The notes: a model not told the origin generated them from the sequence alone. 63,283 bases of DNA, filler included, from Octopus bimaculoides (GCF_001194135.2; 7 parts of 7 records of this genome joined end to end with filler, not necessarily neighbours in it), one strand, 5' to 3'. Shown: positions 1 through 11,370, counted from the whole stretch's first letter. Program-made: numbers and translations.

Positions 1-1055
1 TTTATTAGCATTATCACGCGTTTGAGAATAAAAATAATAATTTCTGTATCTTTCAATACATCTCAGCCATTCTAAAAAAAAAAAAAAACTTTGTTTGTTT
101 ACTTTCATTGTAAGTTGAAAATAAAAAAATACAAATTATAGAAATAATTTTAATAAAATATACAGTACAGTACTCTTTCTACTTTGCGGATTTTCACATA
201 TCACGTGGGGTGGGGGTCTTAGAATGTAACACCCGCGATAGTGGAGGAATTACTGTATGTATATACTGGCAATATGCTACCAACAAATGACACTTACTGT
301 GAACTCAGTGTTATGAGACCCAGTCTATCATGGCGTCCTACTTGTTTATATACCTAGATTCTGATGAATCTTGTAAATACACACACACACACAGATATGT
401 ATGTATGTGTGTGCCTGTGTGTGTGTGTGTATGTACAGTCATTTTAACATGTTCGAGCATATTTGAACGGGTTAAGACTTTCCGCTGCAGAGGTCGTCCC
501 AGAATAAAATGTTTCATCTAGACTTGTACGAAAACACATTTTGGGGAGTTTGGAGAAAGACGTCATTGGATCGTATTTTGTGCCGTCGTTAGAAAAACGA
601 AATCTATCATTCAAAGTTGAAATAAAAATAAACTTACTGAATGCTGCTTCGTACGACATTATTTATTTAATTTAAACTTTGTCAGGCTTTACATCTATGA
701 GCCAACATTCCGTATACTGTTCTAATAAAATTAATTTCGTTCTCATTCGAGTTTTCAACGGCAGAATTGGTTTTCGGTGTAATGAAGCGGAACGACACCG
801 AAACGTATTTTTCCTCCGATCCAATGACGTCCGTCACAGCCATCCATCCCCAGAAAATATGTATTTCCACACATGCCTAGGCGGAGAATTTTTTTCTCGA
901 GCAATCTCCGAAGCGACAGATCATGTCACATCCGAATACACTTGATTGAGTCAAAAATGATCTCAGACGATTATTTTCATATTCAATGCAGCTTCATGTA
1001 TCATAGCATTATCTGTTTATATGTATCCGTTTGCGTTGGGAGTTGTACATACATG

Positions 1056-1088
<33 letters not shown>

Positions 1089-1164
1089 ATGTGTTTGTCT
1101 CCCCAACNNNNNNNNNNNNNNNNNNNNNNNNNNNNNNNNNNNNNNNNNNNNNNNNNNATATATA

Positions 1165-1338
1165 GGCGCAGGAGTGGCTGTGTGGTTAGTACTTGCTTAC
1201 CAACCACATGGTTCCGGGTTCAGTCACACTGCGTGGCACCTTGGGCAAGTGTCTTCTACTATAGTCTGGGGCCGACCAAAGCCTTGTGAGTGGATTTGGT
1301 AGACGGACTCTGAAAGAAGCCCGTCGTGTATATGTATG

Positions 1339-1371
<33 letters not shown>

Positions 1372-1575
1372 ATGTGTTTGTCTCCCCAACATCGTTTGAC
1401 AACCGATGCTGGTGTCTTTACGTCCCCGGAACTTATCGGTTCGGCAAAAGAGACCGATAGAATAAGTATTAGGCTTACAAAGAATAAATCATGGGGTCGA
1501 TTTGCTCGACAAAAGGCGGTGCTTCAGCATGGCCGCAGTCAAATGACTTAAACAAGTAAAAGAGTAAAGAGTATA
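1165..1575 (+). mobile_element. tRNA-derived SINE, family A, full length with internal (TA)n(TG)n tract
   Basis: Pol III-like head GGCGCAGGAGTGGCTGTGTGG...GGTTCAGTC, internal microsatellite at about 1337-1375, tail GGCGGTGCTTCAGCATGGCCGCAGTCAAATGACTTAAACAAGTAAAAGAG. The same layout recurs at 9024-9480 and as fragments elsewhere in the window. Confidence 0.85.
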
Positions 1576-1616
1576 TAGGCGTGTGTGTGATGCGTGTGTG
1601 TACACTCACATACACA

Positions 1617-1686
<70 letters not shown>

Positions 1687-1780
1687 GCATAAAACGTAGA
1701 TCTGACCCTCGGTTGATTCGAGGTGTGGTCAGATCTATGCTTGATACTGGATTTGGTATCTAGTTGTATAGGCATATGAA

Positions 1781-2515
1781 TTTTTAAATTGTTTAAGCTT
1801 CAAAGTTGCGGTCATGCTGGGGCACCACCGTCGACTGTGCTACACTATTATTTAAAACTCCTCTGAAATATTGCATCTGGTGAATGGAGGAATTTGATGC
1901 CACTGCCCTCATCTCTGTTTCCTGCAGTGGTAGACTCATCTGGAACCCTTGACAGGAAGAGATCCAGTTTTGCTTTGGAAACACCTACCTCCACACCATA
2001 CAGGTCTCTCCGTCATTTTGAAATGATATTGAAGAGCTGTGGGCCCTTGAAACGCAAGCTGTTGCAGTATCGGGTCTTGTATTTTGATGGTGATGCTGCG
2101 ATCATTGACACTATGCAGCGGCTCCCCATTCTGCTATTTGTGCAACTTTCAATGGCAAAGTCTTGTACAAAGCCTTTCAGGATTTCCTAGATGTATATCA
2201 CTGCATATATTTCCCACTTTCGTTCTACGGAGAATAGTTTTAATTCTGTTAGTCAGTCCCAGTAGCTGATACGTTGCATTGAAACGATTTTTTTTTGCGT
2301 AGCTTCGTTGGATTGCTTCGAGATCTACCGTTAATTTTATTTTGTGTGGTGACCATAGTTGGGAGCAGTAGTCCATGCGGCTGAGGACGTATGCTCTCCA
2401 ATGTACCATCATCGTCTCCTTTTCTTTTGTTCTGAATGTTCGGAGGATCCATCCAGCTAGCCGTCGGCATTTTGTTACCTAATTGGTAATATGCACTTGG
2501 TAAGAAGCATCATCG
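1781..2515 (-). mobile_element. CR1/L2-like non-LTR retrotransposon, 3' fragment (degenerate ORF2 C-terminus plus 3' tail)
   Basis: Minus-strand translation WRAYVLSRMDYCSQLWSPHKIKLTVDLEAIQRSY resembles the post-RT 'YxSxVWSP...LExVQR' motif of CR1-clade ORF2. Frameshifts and stops follow, then a short tail at 1781-1830. Confidence 0.75.
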
Positions 2516-3267
2516 CTCATGTCAATACTCAGGTCACGCACTAATTTTGATTCAGAGACTGCAATTCCTCCTGAGCCGGAGTATTCTGTCTGCAATGGTC
2601 GTTCAGCTTTGTGTGCTCGTAGCGAAGGGCTTCGTAGTTTCCTTAATTAAAACTGCATGTTGTTGTCCTCAGCCCACCTGTATATTGTGTCCAACTCCCG
2701 TTGGTTTCCACTCAAGTCCACGACACTCACCCTTTTGAGTATAGGCTAATATATATGCCACGTTCAATACTCAAATCCAACAATATTGAATTGTCGTGAA
2801 ACCTTATTAGTTACAATAAGAAACTAGTTAATAATAAATTTAAGTCGTAAATTCTCTACGACGAAATGATTTGTTTCTAAATTTCTATAAATGTAAAAAA
2901 TATGTATATAATAAATTAATATAGAAACTTAATTCCTTTTACTTCTCGTTTCTTTCAACCTGTTGAATTTATTTCTGTATATTAATGAAACTGTATATTT
3001 TTATGTGTAACGGTCAAACAAATATAATCTATATCTTCAACATACATGCACGTAATAAACGCACATTTAGCGTCTTGTCATGTATACATCATAACATTTA
3101 CGCAGCCTCAACTAAGAGTTATGCTTAGTGATAAATACTTATAATTAAGTTAGAAGTAACGAGATTATCATTATAGTTTTTAATTAAATAAGCCATAATA
3201 TTCGTTATAACTTACGAATGAAAACATTGTAAGTAAAGATATAGTATATCTCACACTTCAACGACCT

Positions 3268-3420
3268 GTTGTTGTTATAAACAACCAACATAAAAAAAAA
3301 AAACTGGTATCCGACCTGTTATACACATAAAAACTGGTGACCCCGACGCCATCACCAGTTTTTATGTGTATAACAGGTCGGACACCAGTTTTTTTTATGT
3401 TGGTTGTTTATCACAACAAC
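3268..3420. repeat. Fold-back inverted repeat, arms about 70 bp, 11-nt loop
   Basis: 3268-3340 is the near-perfect reverse complement of 3352-3420. The loop is CCCCGACGCCA. Confidence 0.9.
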
Positions 3421-4567
3421 ACAAATGTGCAATGTTCAAGGATTTTGAATTGTCTCATGCGGTTAGCAAGGAAGGGTGGCTATCTGAGCAGCTGAGGCTA
3501 TGTCTGAGAGGGCTACTATGAATAGCAGTGGCCATAAGACAGTGCGTTTTGGAACACTACTTGCTAGTTGTGTTTTATTGAGGTGGATCTATTGGCCACC
3601 ACTGTCTGGTTCTGTCTTTTAGCCACTCTCCAAGTTTTCAGACTACGCAGAGATCACGTAGTTTGTGACATATCATACCATGTTCGATGTTATCAAATGC
3701 TTTTGCAAAGTCGAGATATATCATATGTATATGTGTATATATTTATGTATGTTTCCATGTGTAATTGTATTAAGTTTGTATGTGTATAAATTCACGAATT
3801 GATGAAAGCCTATCTTTACAAACGGTGTCAAAATTAATTATCATAAAAGTTACAGAAAAGAATTGCTCTATTTTGAAACCTGATCATATAACTCGAATAA
3901 CAACACTAGCATTTCGTTTAAAAAATACTGGCTTTTATTGCTCACTACGCAGAAGATATGAAAATTACACTCATTCCATGCATAGAACTCCCACATAATG
4001 TAACGTACTTTCTTCCGTTTACTTTTTCTCGTTCTTATTGTCGTATACCAATGAAACCCCCCACGTAGTGGTTTCATTCCTGTGCACTATCACTGAAGTA
4101 ATGCCAAACTTAAAACCGGACGTACAGATAAATATGCACGTTTGTGTGTGTTTGCGTGAATGCTGTATATATATNNNNNNNNNNNNNNNNNNNNNNNNNN
4201 NNNNNNNNNNNNNNNNNNNNNNTATATATATATATATATATATATTAAGTATGCAGATGCCCTGCAATTTGTTAAGTCTGCCTGCTATAATTTAATATAG
4301 TAAAACCTAGTTGGTATGTTGAAAGAACATTATTTTAAACCACACAAGTGGAAAGCTGTATACATTTCGATGGAGGTAAATTATATGCATTTATTTATAA
4401 CTCAATATCAGCCCTCCATACATATACGTGTGCGTGTGCGTGTGTGTAAGCTTATTGGTGTGAGTATTACTATCTGATGCGATGTGTTAGAAACACTAAA
4501 CAGGTCCCTCCTTCTGTAAACAAGCAAATTATGTATCATTTCTCAACATACATAGCAACATACACAG

Positions 4568-4641
4568 TTCAAATTATTTACATTATTTACATTTGACGGA
4601 TATTTGTCCTCATCTTGTTTATTGTTAACACACATTTGGAT
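4568..4641 (-). mobile_element. Truncated inverted copy of the Penelope-type repeat at 5915-6070
   Basis: TACATTATTTACATTTGACGGATATTTGTCCTCATCTTGTTTATTGTTAACAC is the reverse complement, with few mismatches, of about 6009-6061. Confidence 0.8.
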
Positions 4642-4885
4642 CTTTTTTAAAACGGGGGCCACATTTTTCATTAACGAAAGACTTTGAAACTTGGAACACT
4701 GGTAAATGTGTCATATAAAACATCTTTTTCTCTTAGTCTTCTTAAAAAAAAAAGAAATCCCTAAGTTATTCCATGTTAAAGTTGTCGTATTTCTGTAATT
4801 TCAACCAATCACTGACGTCCATTCAGCCGATATACATTAAGTGCCGACTACATAAACAAACGATTCTGAAACAATTCTATCGGTG

Positions 4886-4910
4886 ATAGGGTTAGGGTTA
4901 GGGTTAGGGT
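4886..4910 (+). repeat. Interstitial (TTAGGG)3 telomere-type repeat inside a probable non-autonomous element
   Basis: GATAGGGTTAGGGTTAGGGTTAGGGT read directly from the sequence. Confidence 0.8.
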
Positions 4911-5723
4911 AAAACAGCAAATTTAAAAAGAAAAAAGCAAAACGAAGCTATGGAAATTAAATACGCTTTACACCGCNNNNNNNNNNNNNNNNNNNNNNNN
5001 NNNNNNNNNNNNNNNNNNNNNNNNNNNNNNNNNNNNNNNNNNNNNNNNNNNNNNNNNNNNNNNNNNNNNNNNNNNNNNNNNNNNNNNNNNNNNNNNNNNN
5101 NNNNNNNNNNNNNNNNNNNNNNNNNNNNNNNNNNNNNNNNNNNNNNNNNNNNNNNNNNNNNNNNNNNNNNNNNNNNNNNNNNNNNNNNNNNNNNNNNNNN
5201 NNNNNNNNNNNNNNNNNNNNNNNNNNNNNNNNNNNNNNNNNNNNNNNNNNNNNNNNNNNNNNNNNNNNNNNNNNNNNNNNNNNNNNNNNNNNNNNNNNNN
5301 NNNNNNNNNNNNNNNNNNNNNNNNNNNNNNNNNNNNNNNNNNNNNNNNNNNNNNNNNNNNNNNNNNNNNNNNNNNNNNNNNNNNNNNNNNNNNNNNNNNN
5401 NNNNNNNNNNNNNNNNNNNNNNNNNNNNNNNNNNNNNNNNNNNNNNNNNNNNNNNNNNNNNNNNNNNNNNNNNNNNNNNNNNNNNNNNNNNNNNNNNNNN
5501 NNNNNNNNNNNNNNNNNNNNNNNNNNNNNNNNNNNNNNNNNNNNNNNNNNNNNNNNNNNNNNNNNNNNNNNNNNNNNNNNNNNNNNNNNNNNNNNNNNNN
5601 NNNNNNNNNNNNNNNNNNNNNNNNNNNNNNNNNNNNNNNNNNNNNNNNNNNNNNNNNNNNNNNNNNNNNNNNNNNNNNNNNNNNNNNNNNNNNNNNNNNN
5701 NNNNNNNNNNNNNNNNNNNNNNN

Positions 5724-5900
5724 TCTTATGGTTTCTTAAACATTCACTTGAACAAAACTGTACAAATCCAAATATATGGTACCCTAGGCATAACACCTAC
5801 ATGAACTTCTAACTTGTTGTCTCTTGAGGTCTCTGGGTGAGACTTGGATCCAACTTGTACAAATGCAAAACAAAAGTCAAACATAAAATAATAATAATAA
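5724..5900 (+). mobile_element. Probable 3' UTR of a non-LTR retrotransposon ending in a (TAA)n tail
   Basis: Ends CAAAAGTCAAACATAAAATAATAATAAT and abuts the gap on its 5' side. Assignment rests on tail structure and recalled resemblance to octopus LINE ends. No ORF is visible. Confidence 0.4.
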
Positions 5901-5914
5901 AAATAACAACAACA

Positions 5915-6070
5915 TCAACATCGAAAAATACCTTAGGAATGAGAACCCAGGTTCGAAATTTCCCCAAGACACCTGATGAAGGCTGGAGGGTATATCATCC
6001 GAAACGTTGTGTTAACAACAAACAAGATGAGGAAAAATATCTGTCAATTGTAAATAATGTATATAATTCC
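5915..6070 (+). mobile_element. Penelope-like (PLE-type) terminal repeat carrying a hammerhead motif
   Basis: CCTGATGAAGG...CCGAAACGTT signature typical of PLE pseudo-LTRs, tandem TGTAAATAA-like tail at about 6050-6067, and a second inverted partial copy at 4568-4641. Confidence 0.6.
5968..6013 (+). ncRNA. Minimal type I hammerhead ribozyme (PLE-associated type)
   Basis: Stem I GACAC(5968-5972)/GTGTT(6009-6013); core CTGATGA 5973-5979 plus one extra A; stem II GGCTGG(5981-5986)/TCATCC(5995-6000) with one mismatch; GAAA 6001-6004; minimal stem III C-G; predicted cleavage triplet GUU 6006-6008. Confidence 0.7.
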
Positions 6071-6299
6071 TCATCTCTTAAATATAGAAGTATACACAGT
6101 AAACGTTCAGCATCTTTTGTGTTGTTTGCGAAGCGCGCTGTCATCAGCATAATTGGCCTGAGTCAAGTAGGCGGCCGGATATCTTCTGTTTCTAGATTTC
6201 TGTACAGTGAAACCCAGATAATTATGTTGATCTATTAAGGTAGAGACACAGGATGAACAAGTAAGGAGCTAATATGCAGGAGCTAATATAGGACTATAT

Positions 6300-6850
6300 G
6301 TGAGTGAAAAGAAGACAGAGTTTATCACCCTGAACACAACAGGTGAAATCAGGACCGTCAAACGGAAGCCCTTGGAAAGTGTCGAAGAGTTTACTTACCT
6401 AGGTAGTAATATCGAGTCCACTGAAAAAAGTATTAAACCTCGCGTTGCTAAGGCTTGGACAGCTACAGACGGTCTTAGAATGATATGGAAGTCAACCCTA
6501 CCAGATGAATTGAAGAGACAGTTCTTCAATGTTACGTGCAGTGTTCAACATCTCTTGGAGCACCCAACAAGACAATGGTTATATGGGAGTGTACGAACTT
6601 TCTCATCAACCATCCAAGAGCGGAGATTGGGGTTTGCTGGGTACTGCTGGAGACGTAAAGAACTAGTGAGTAATGTGCTGCTGTGGACACCAAATCATGG
6701 TGCCACAACGGCTGGATGACCACGGAAGACATATACAACAGCTTGCAGAAGGTTTTGGATGCTGAGCTGAAGACCAAAAAACACTAATGGAAGATCAGGA
6801 GAGATGGAGAGAGGTAGTGAAGCTGGCTTTGGCAATCATGCTGAGTGATT
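6300..6850 (+). mobile_element. RTE-clade LINE fragment (RT C-terminal/thumb region), degenerate
   Basis: VEEFTYLGSNIES...RVAKAWTATDGLRMIWKSTLPDELKRQFF and IQERRLGFAGYCWRRKELVSNVLLWTPNHG match the FxYLGS and RRLxxAGH motifs of RTE ORF2. There is an internal deletion and a frameshift near the end. Confidence 0.85.
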
Positions 6851-7206
6851 GATGCCTCAAGAAAATAAATAAAAATAAACATCTATTGTAGCCATATACC
6901 ACACATATACACGATTCATATACAACCACATATACAATAGCCATATACAGCCACATATTCTCTAACCATATACAATGTTCTCTCATATTCCACTGTACTA
7001 ATTTATATATCATTCGTATTTCCACGTTGCCCTTTATTTTCATTTCAAACATTGCTTTATTGCTTCAGAGTGGTAATAATTTCTTTTTTATTTCGGTTAA
7101 AAAAATTTTCAAAACTTTTAGATTTTCTAATTTTTCTAAATTTTATACAACTTTTTTTCTGATAAAAATTTCGTTTGGGGGAAAACAAAAACAAAACCAA
7201 ATAAAC

Positions 7207-7247
<41 letters not shown>

Positions 7248-7933
7248 TATCGTGGAATCGATAGACTTAACCAGCCAATAGGGATTACCTACTGTAAGTG
7301 TCCCGCCTATTACAATAAACGACTGACTACGAGCAATAAAACTTTCTGTGAAACACAATTCATGCTAGCGTGAACACATTTTTTTCCCTTCCTTTGCTGT
7401 TCTTTTCATTTTATTATATTTTTTTTCTGTTAATATTTTTATCGTTTTATTTTCCCCAGTGAAACAGAATCTATTGTTTTACTACACGAAGTTGAACGGT
7501 TCTTTCGAGTCTGCTTTTGGCTTTTGTTTGTATATTTGTTTGTCAGTCGTTGTTTCTGTTATTGCTGTTGTTGTTCTTGTCGCTGCTGTTGCTGGCGTTG
7601 TTCTTTCCGTTTTATTCTTCACTTTGTTCACAGTAAGTTTCTTGAAGGCTAACAACCCATAACTAATTTTTTTCTTCGTTTTTTACTATTTCACTGCGAG
7701 AAAATAAAGTTAAATTCACCGAGAGACAGAGTGGTGGAGCAGAGAAGGAAATATAGTTGGACAACAGAGAGAGGGAGGGAGAGAGAGAAGGAAGGGAAGA
7801 GAAAGAGAGCGAGAGAGGAGGAGTGAAAGAAAAATAGCTCTAACTATCTCATAACCTACATTGTAAAATGCTGTACTTTTTCTTTGGTCAGTGTTAATAT
7901 TGCTATCAATATTATCAAAGTCGATGACCTGGG

Positions 7934-8290
7934 AAAGTGCTTAGCGGCATTTCGTTCGTGAGATAAAATTCCGCCGAGATCGAATTAGCCTTTCATTATT
8001 TCAGCGTGGATTAAATAAGTACCAGTTGAGCACTGAGTTCGACAGAATCGACCTACCCCTTCCCCGAACTTGCTGGACTTGTGCCAAAATTTGAAACCTT
8101 TGTCAAAGGCGGAACTGGTAGAATGATTAGAGCGACGGGCAAAATGCTAAACATTTGGTCCGCCTTTACGTTCTGTGTTCAAATTTCACCGAGGTCGACT
8201 TTGCTTTCATCCTTCGGGGACGGATAAAATAAACTGCCAGTCAGGTATTAGGGACAATGTAATCGACTTACTCCATCCCTAAAAATTGCT
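7934..8290 (+). mobile_element. Two adjacent SINE family B copies (7934-8098 and 8106-8290)
   Basis: Shared motifs AAATGCTTAGCGG, AAATTCCGCCGAGGTCGACTTTGCCTTTCATCC, GATAAAATAAGTACCAG and GTGCCAAAATTTGAAACC, also present at 43590 and 54577. Confidence 0.8.
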
Positions 8291-9023
8291 TTCTATTTTT
8301 GTCTGTTGTTTATGATTTTGTTCAGTTCTGACCAAATACACCACTAATCGTCCCAGCCATTGCTATTCTGTCCAGCCCGCAAGCACTATATACAGCCTAG
8401 AACTCTATTTGCCTGTGTTTCCTATTCATTTCGAAAGCGACATAAAGTAACTAGAGGATAATTTGGCTGTTAATTACAGCATATCGGGCGACCAACAAGT
8501 GACTATCTAAATAACCTGGTTTTGTTAAATGCCAGGAAATTGGTGGAGCATCCTAATGATTGAAATTATAAACTCTATTCTCATAAACTATATTCTCCTT
8601 AATTCAGATTCTAAGTTTTATTCTAAGCTTGAGAGAAGATACGAAAGCAAAGTCGTTAAAAGGGTCAGATGTATTAAACCGCATTTATCAATAATAGGGT
8701 CGGCCAGGCGCGTACAGCTTCATTAGTAAAGGGCTTAGATCGCATTTCGTGACGTAAACCAACCGAGATTGCTATACTCTTCACTGTACAGAATGCTGGG
8801 TTATCGCAAGGATACTCTCCAGATGCTGTTCGTATACATGTTCGGCTGAGTACACCGGAACGAAGTGAAAGAAACTGTTTGACACAGGACACCAGGGCGC
8901 TAAATGTTCTTTGAAAAAAAATAGACTTACAATCTTAGAGAGAGACCAACGCCCATATCAAACAGTCTGCATGCATTAACAATCATCTATCTACTAGGAA
9001 TATTATAAATATTTACATATATA

Positions 9024-9180
9024 GATGCAGGAGTGGCTGTGTGATAAGTAGCTTGCTTACCAACAACATGATTCCGGGTTCAGTCCCATTGCATGGTACC
9101 TTGGGCAAGTGTCTTCTGCTATAGCCTTGGGCCAACCAGAGTGAGTGGATTTGGTAGACAGAAACTGAAAGAAACCTGTC

Positions 9181-9220
<40 letters not shown>

Positions 9221-9480
9221 TGTGTGTGTGTGTGTGTGTGTGTCTGTCTGTCTGTCTGTGTGTCTCTGTGTGTGTGTATTTGTTATTTGTGTGTCTGTGT
9301 TTGTCTCCCCACCATCGCTTGACAACCGATGTTGGTGTGTTTACTTCAATAAGCGGCTCGACAAAAAAGAATAGAATACGTACTAGGTTTTCAAACACTA
9401 AGTACTGGGGTCTATTTGTTCGACTAAAGGTAGTGCTCCAGCATGGCCGCAATCAAGTGACTGAAATAAATACCAAAATA
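9024..9480 (+). mobile_element. SINE family A, full length
   Basis: Colinear with 1165-1575: head, internal TA/TG/TCTG tract at about 9181-9290, and CAGCATGGCCGC tail. Confidence 0.85.
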
Positions 9481-9783
9481 CATCAATATATATTGCAACT
9501 ATGCAAACTGGAACTAGGTCTTCACAGGATGCTAATCATTTGAGTGGAACATGGAAAACTAGTTATAAATAAGAAGAAGAATGTACAAATGCGTATGGGA
9601 AGATGGTGAATTTGGATAATTTCCTATGCTGTAGAATGAATCTAATATTTTAGAGCTGTTGTATCGATTAAGAGAGAGCGAGAAAGAGAGGAGAGAGAGA
9701 GAATACAGAAGTCTTGAATGTATGAAGGTAGATATCTCGCTCTTCCAGCCTCTCTCCTTCTCCCTCTTTCTGCCTTTCTATGC

Positions 9784-9819
<36 letters not shown>

Positions 9820-11119
9820 NNNNNNNNNNNNNNNNNNNNNNNNNNNNNNNNNNNNNNNNNNNNNNNNNNNNNNNNNNNNNNNNNNNNNNNNNNNNNNNNN
9901 NNNNNNNNNNNNNNNNNNNNNNNNNNNNNNNNNNNNNNNNNNNNNNNNNNNNNNNNNNNNNNNNNNNNNNNNNNNNNNNNNNNNNNNNNNNNNNNNNNNN
10001 NNNNNNNNNNNNNNNNNNNNNNNNNNNNNNNNNNNNNNNNNNNNNNNNNNNNNNNNNNNNNNNNNNNNNNNNNNNNNNNNNNNNNNNNNNNNNNNNNNNN
10101 NNNNNNNNNNNNNNNNNNNNNNNNNNNNNNNNNNNNNNNNNNNNNNNNNNNNNNNNNNNNNNNNNNNNNNNNNNNNNNNNNNNNNNNNNNNNNNNNNNNN
10201 NNNNNNNNNNNNNNNNNNNNNNNNNNNNNNNNNNNNNNNNNNNNNNNNNNNNNNNNNNNNNNNNNNNNNNNNNNNNNNNNNNNNNNNNNNNNNNNNNNNN
10301 NNNNNNNNNNNNNNNNNNNNNNNNNNNNNNNNNNNNNNNNNNNNNNNNNNNNNNNNNNNNNNNNNNNNNNNNNNNNNNNNNNNNNNNNNNNNNNNNNNNN
10401 NNNNNNNNNNNNNNNNNNNNNNNNNNNNNNNNNNNNNNNNNNNNNNNNNNNNNNNNNNNNNNNNNNNNNNNNNNNNNNNNNNNNNNNNNNNNNNNNNNNN
10501 NNNNNNNNNNNNNNNNNNNNNNNNNNNNNNNNNNNNNNNNNNNNNNNNNNNNNNNNNNNNNNNNNNNNNNNNNNNNNNNNNNNNNGATGTTTATTCTCTT
10601 AACCGGTTTCACTTTTTAATAAAAAGATTGCCAAAAGTGAAATGTAAAGCTTTGTATAAGCTTTCTTAAAGCATTACATTTTAATTTTGAAAATCTTTTT
10701 CTAAAAAAATTAAAACCGGTCAAGTGAATAAACATCTTTGAAATTGCATTTTCAAACCTTCTTTCATATATATTTCCACTCGTGCGGCATCTTACAACTT
10801 TATTTTATTATATATATATGTGTGTGTGTGTGTGTGTATGTGTGTGTATGCATTCTCCATTATTTTTGCATTGTTATAAATTTTTCTCCTATATCAAACA
10901 GATAATAGCATCTCTAGCGACAACTGGATTTCAAAAATGTAAAGTGCTAATAACAAAGATGTACCAACGATAGAGACGAATACATAAGAACATGTGGAAG
11001 TTGCGGTATCTTTAATTGATATAGAGCTAAACCGGTATACGCTTGGATAAATATCGCTAGGAAAGAACAACGTCTTTCTACACAGACATATCTAACACTC
11101 GTTATATATATATAATGTA

Positions 11120-11266
11120 GACGACGGCTTTCTTGCAGTTTCCGTGTACTAGATCTACTCACAAATCTTTGGTCGGACGGTAACTACAGTAGAAGAACTC
11201 TGCACGCATCGTGACTGAACCTGAAGCCATGTGAATGGGAAGCAAGCTTCTTACCACACTGCCACG
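11120..11266 (-). mobile_element. SINE family A head fragment
   Basis: Reverse complement of the head seen at 1165-1325 (GTGTGGTAAGAAGCTTGCTT...GGTTCAGTC). Confidence 0.7.
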
Positions 11267-11370
11267 AATATATACATATACGTATATACACATATCGATA
11301 TACAGACAGACAGACAGATAGATAGATAGATAGATAGATAGGTAGGTAGGTAGATATATACATATATATA

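Noticed and set aside
298-660. Minus-strand donors GTAAGT at 297 and 636 suggesting small exons
   Set aside because: The acceptor at 354 lacks a pyrimidine tract and the joined frame stops after nine codons.
770-812. Second hammerhead-like string GTAATGAAGCGG...CCGAAACGTA
   Set aside because: The core deviates from CTGATGA at two positions and no stem I can form. The TTTCGGTGT/ACACCGAAA hairpin is a simpler explanation.
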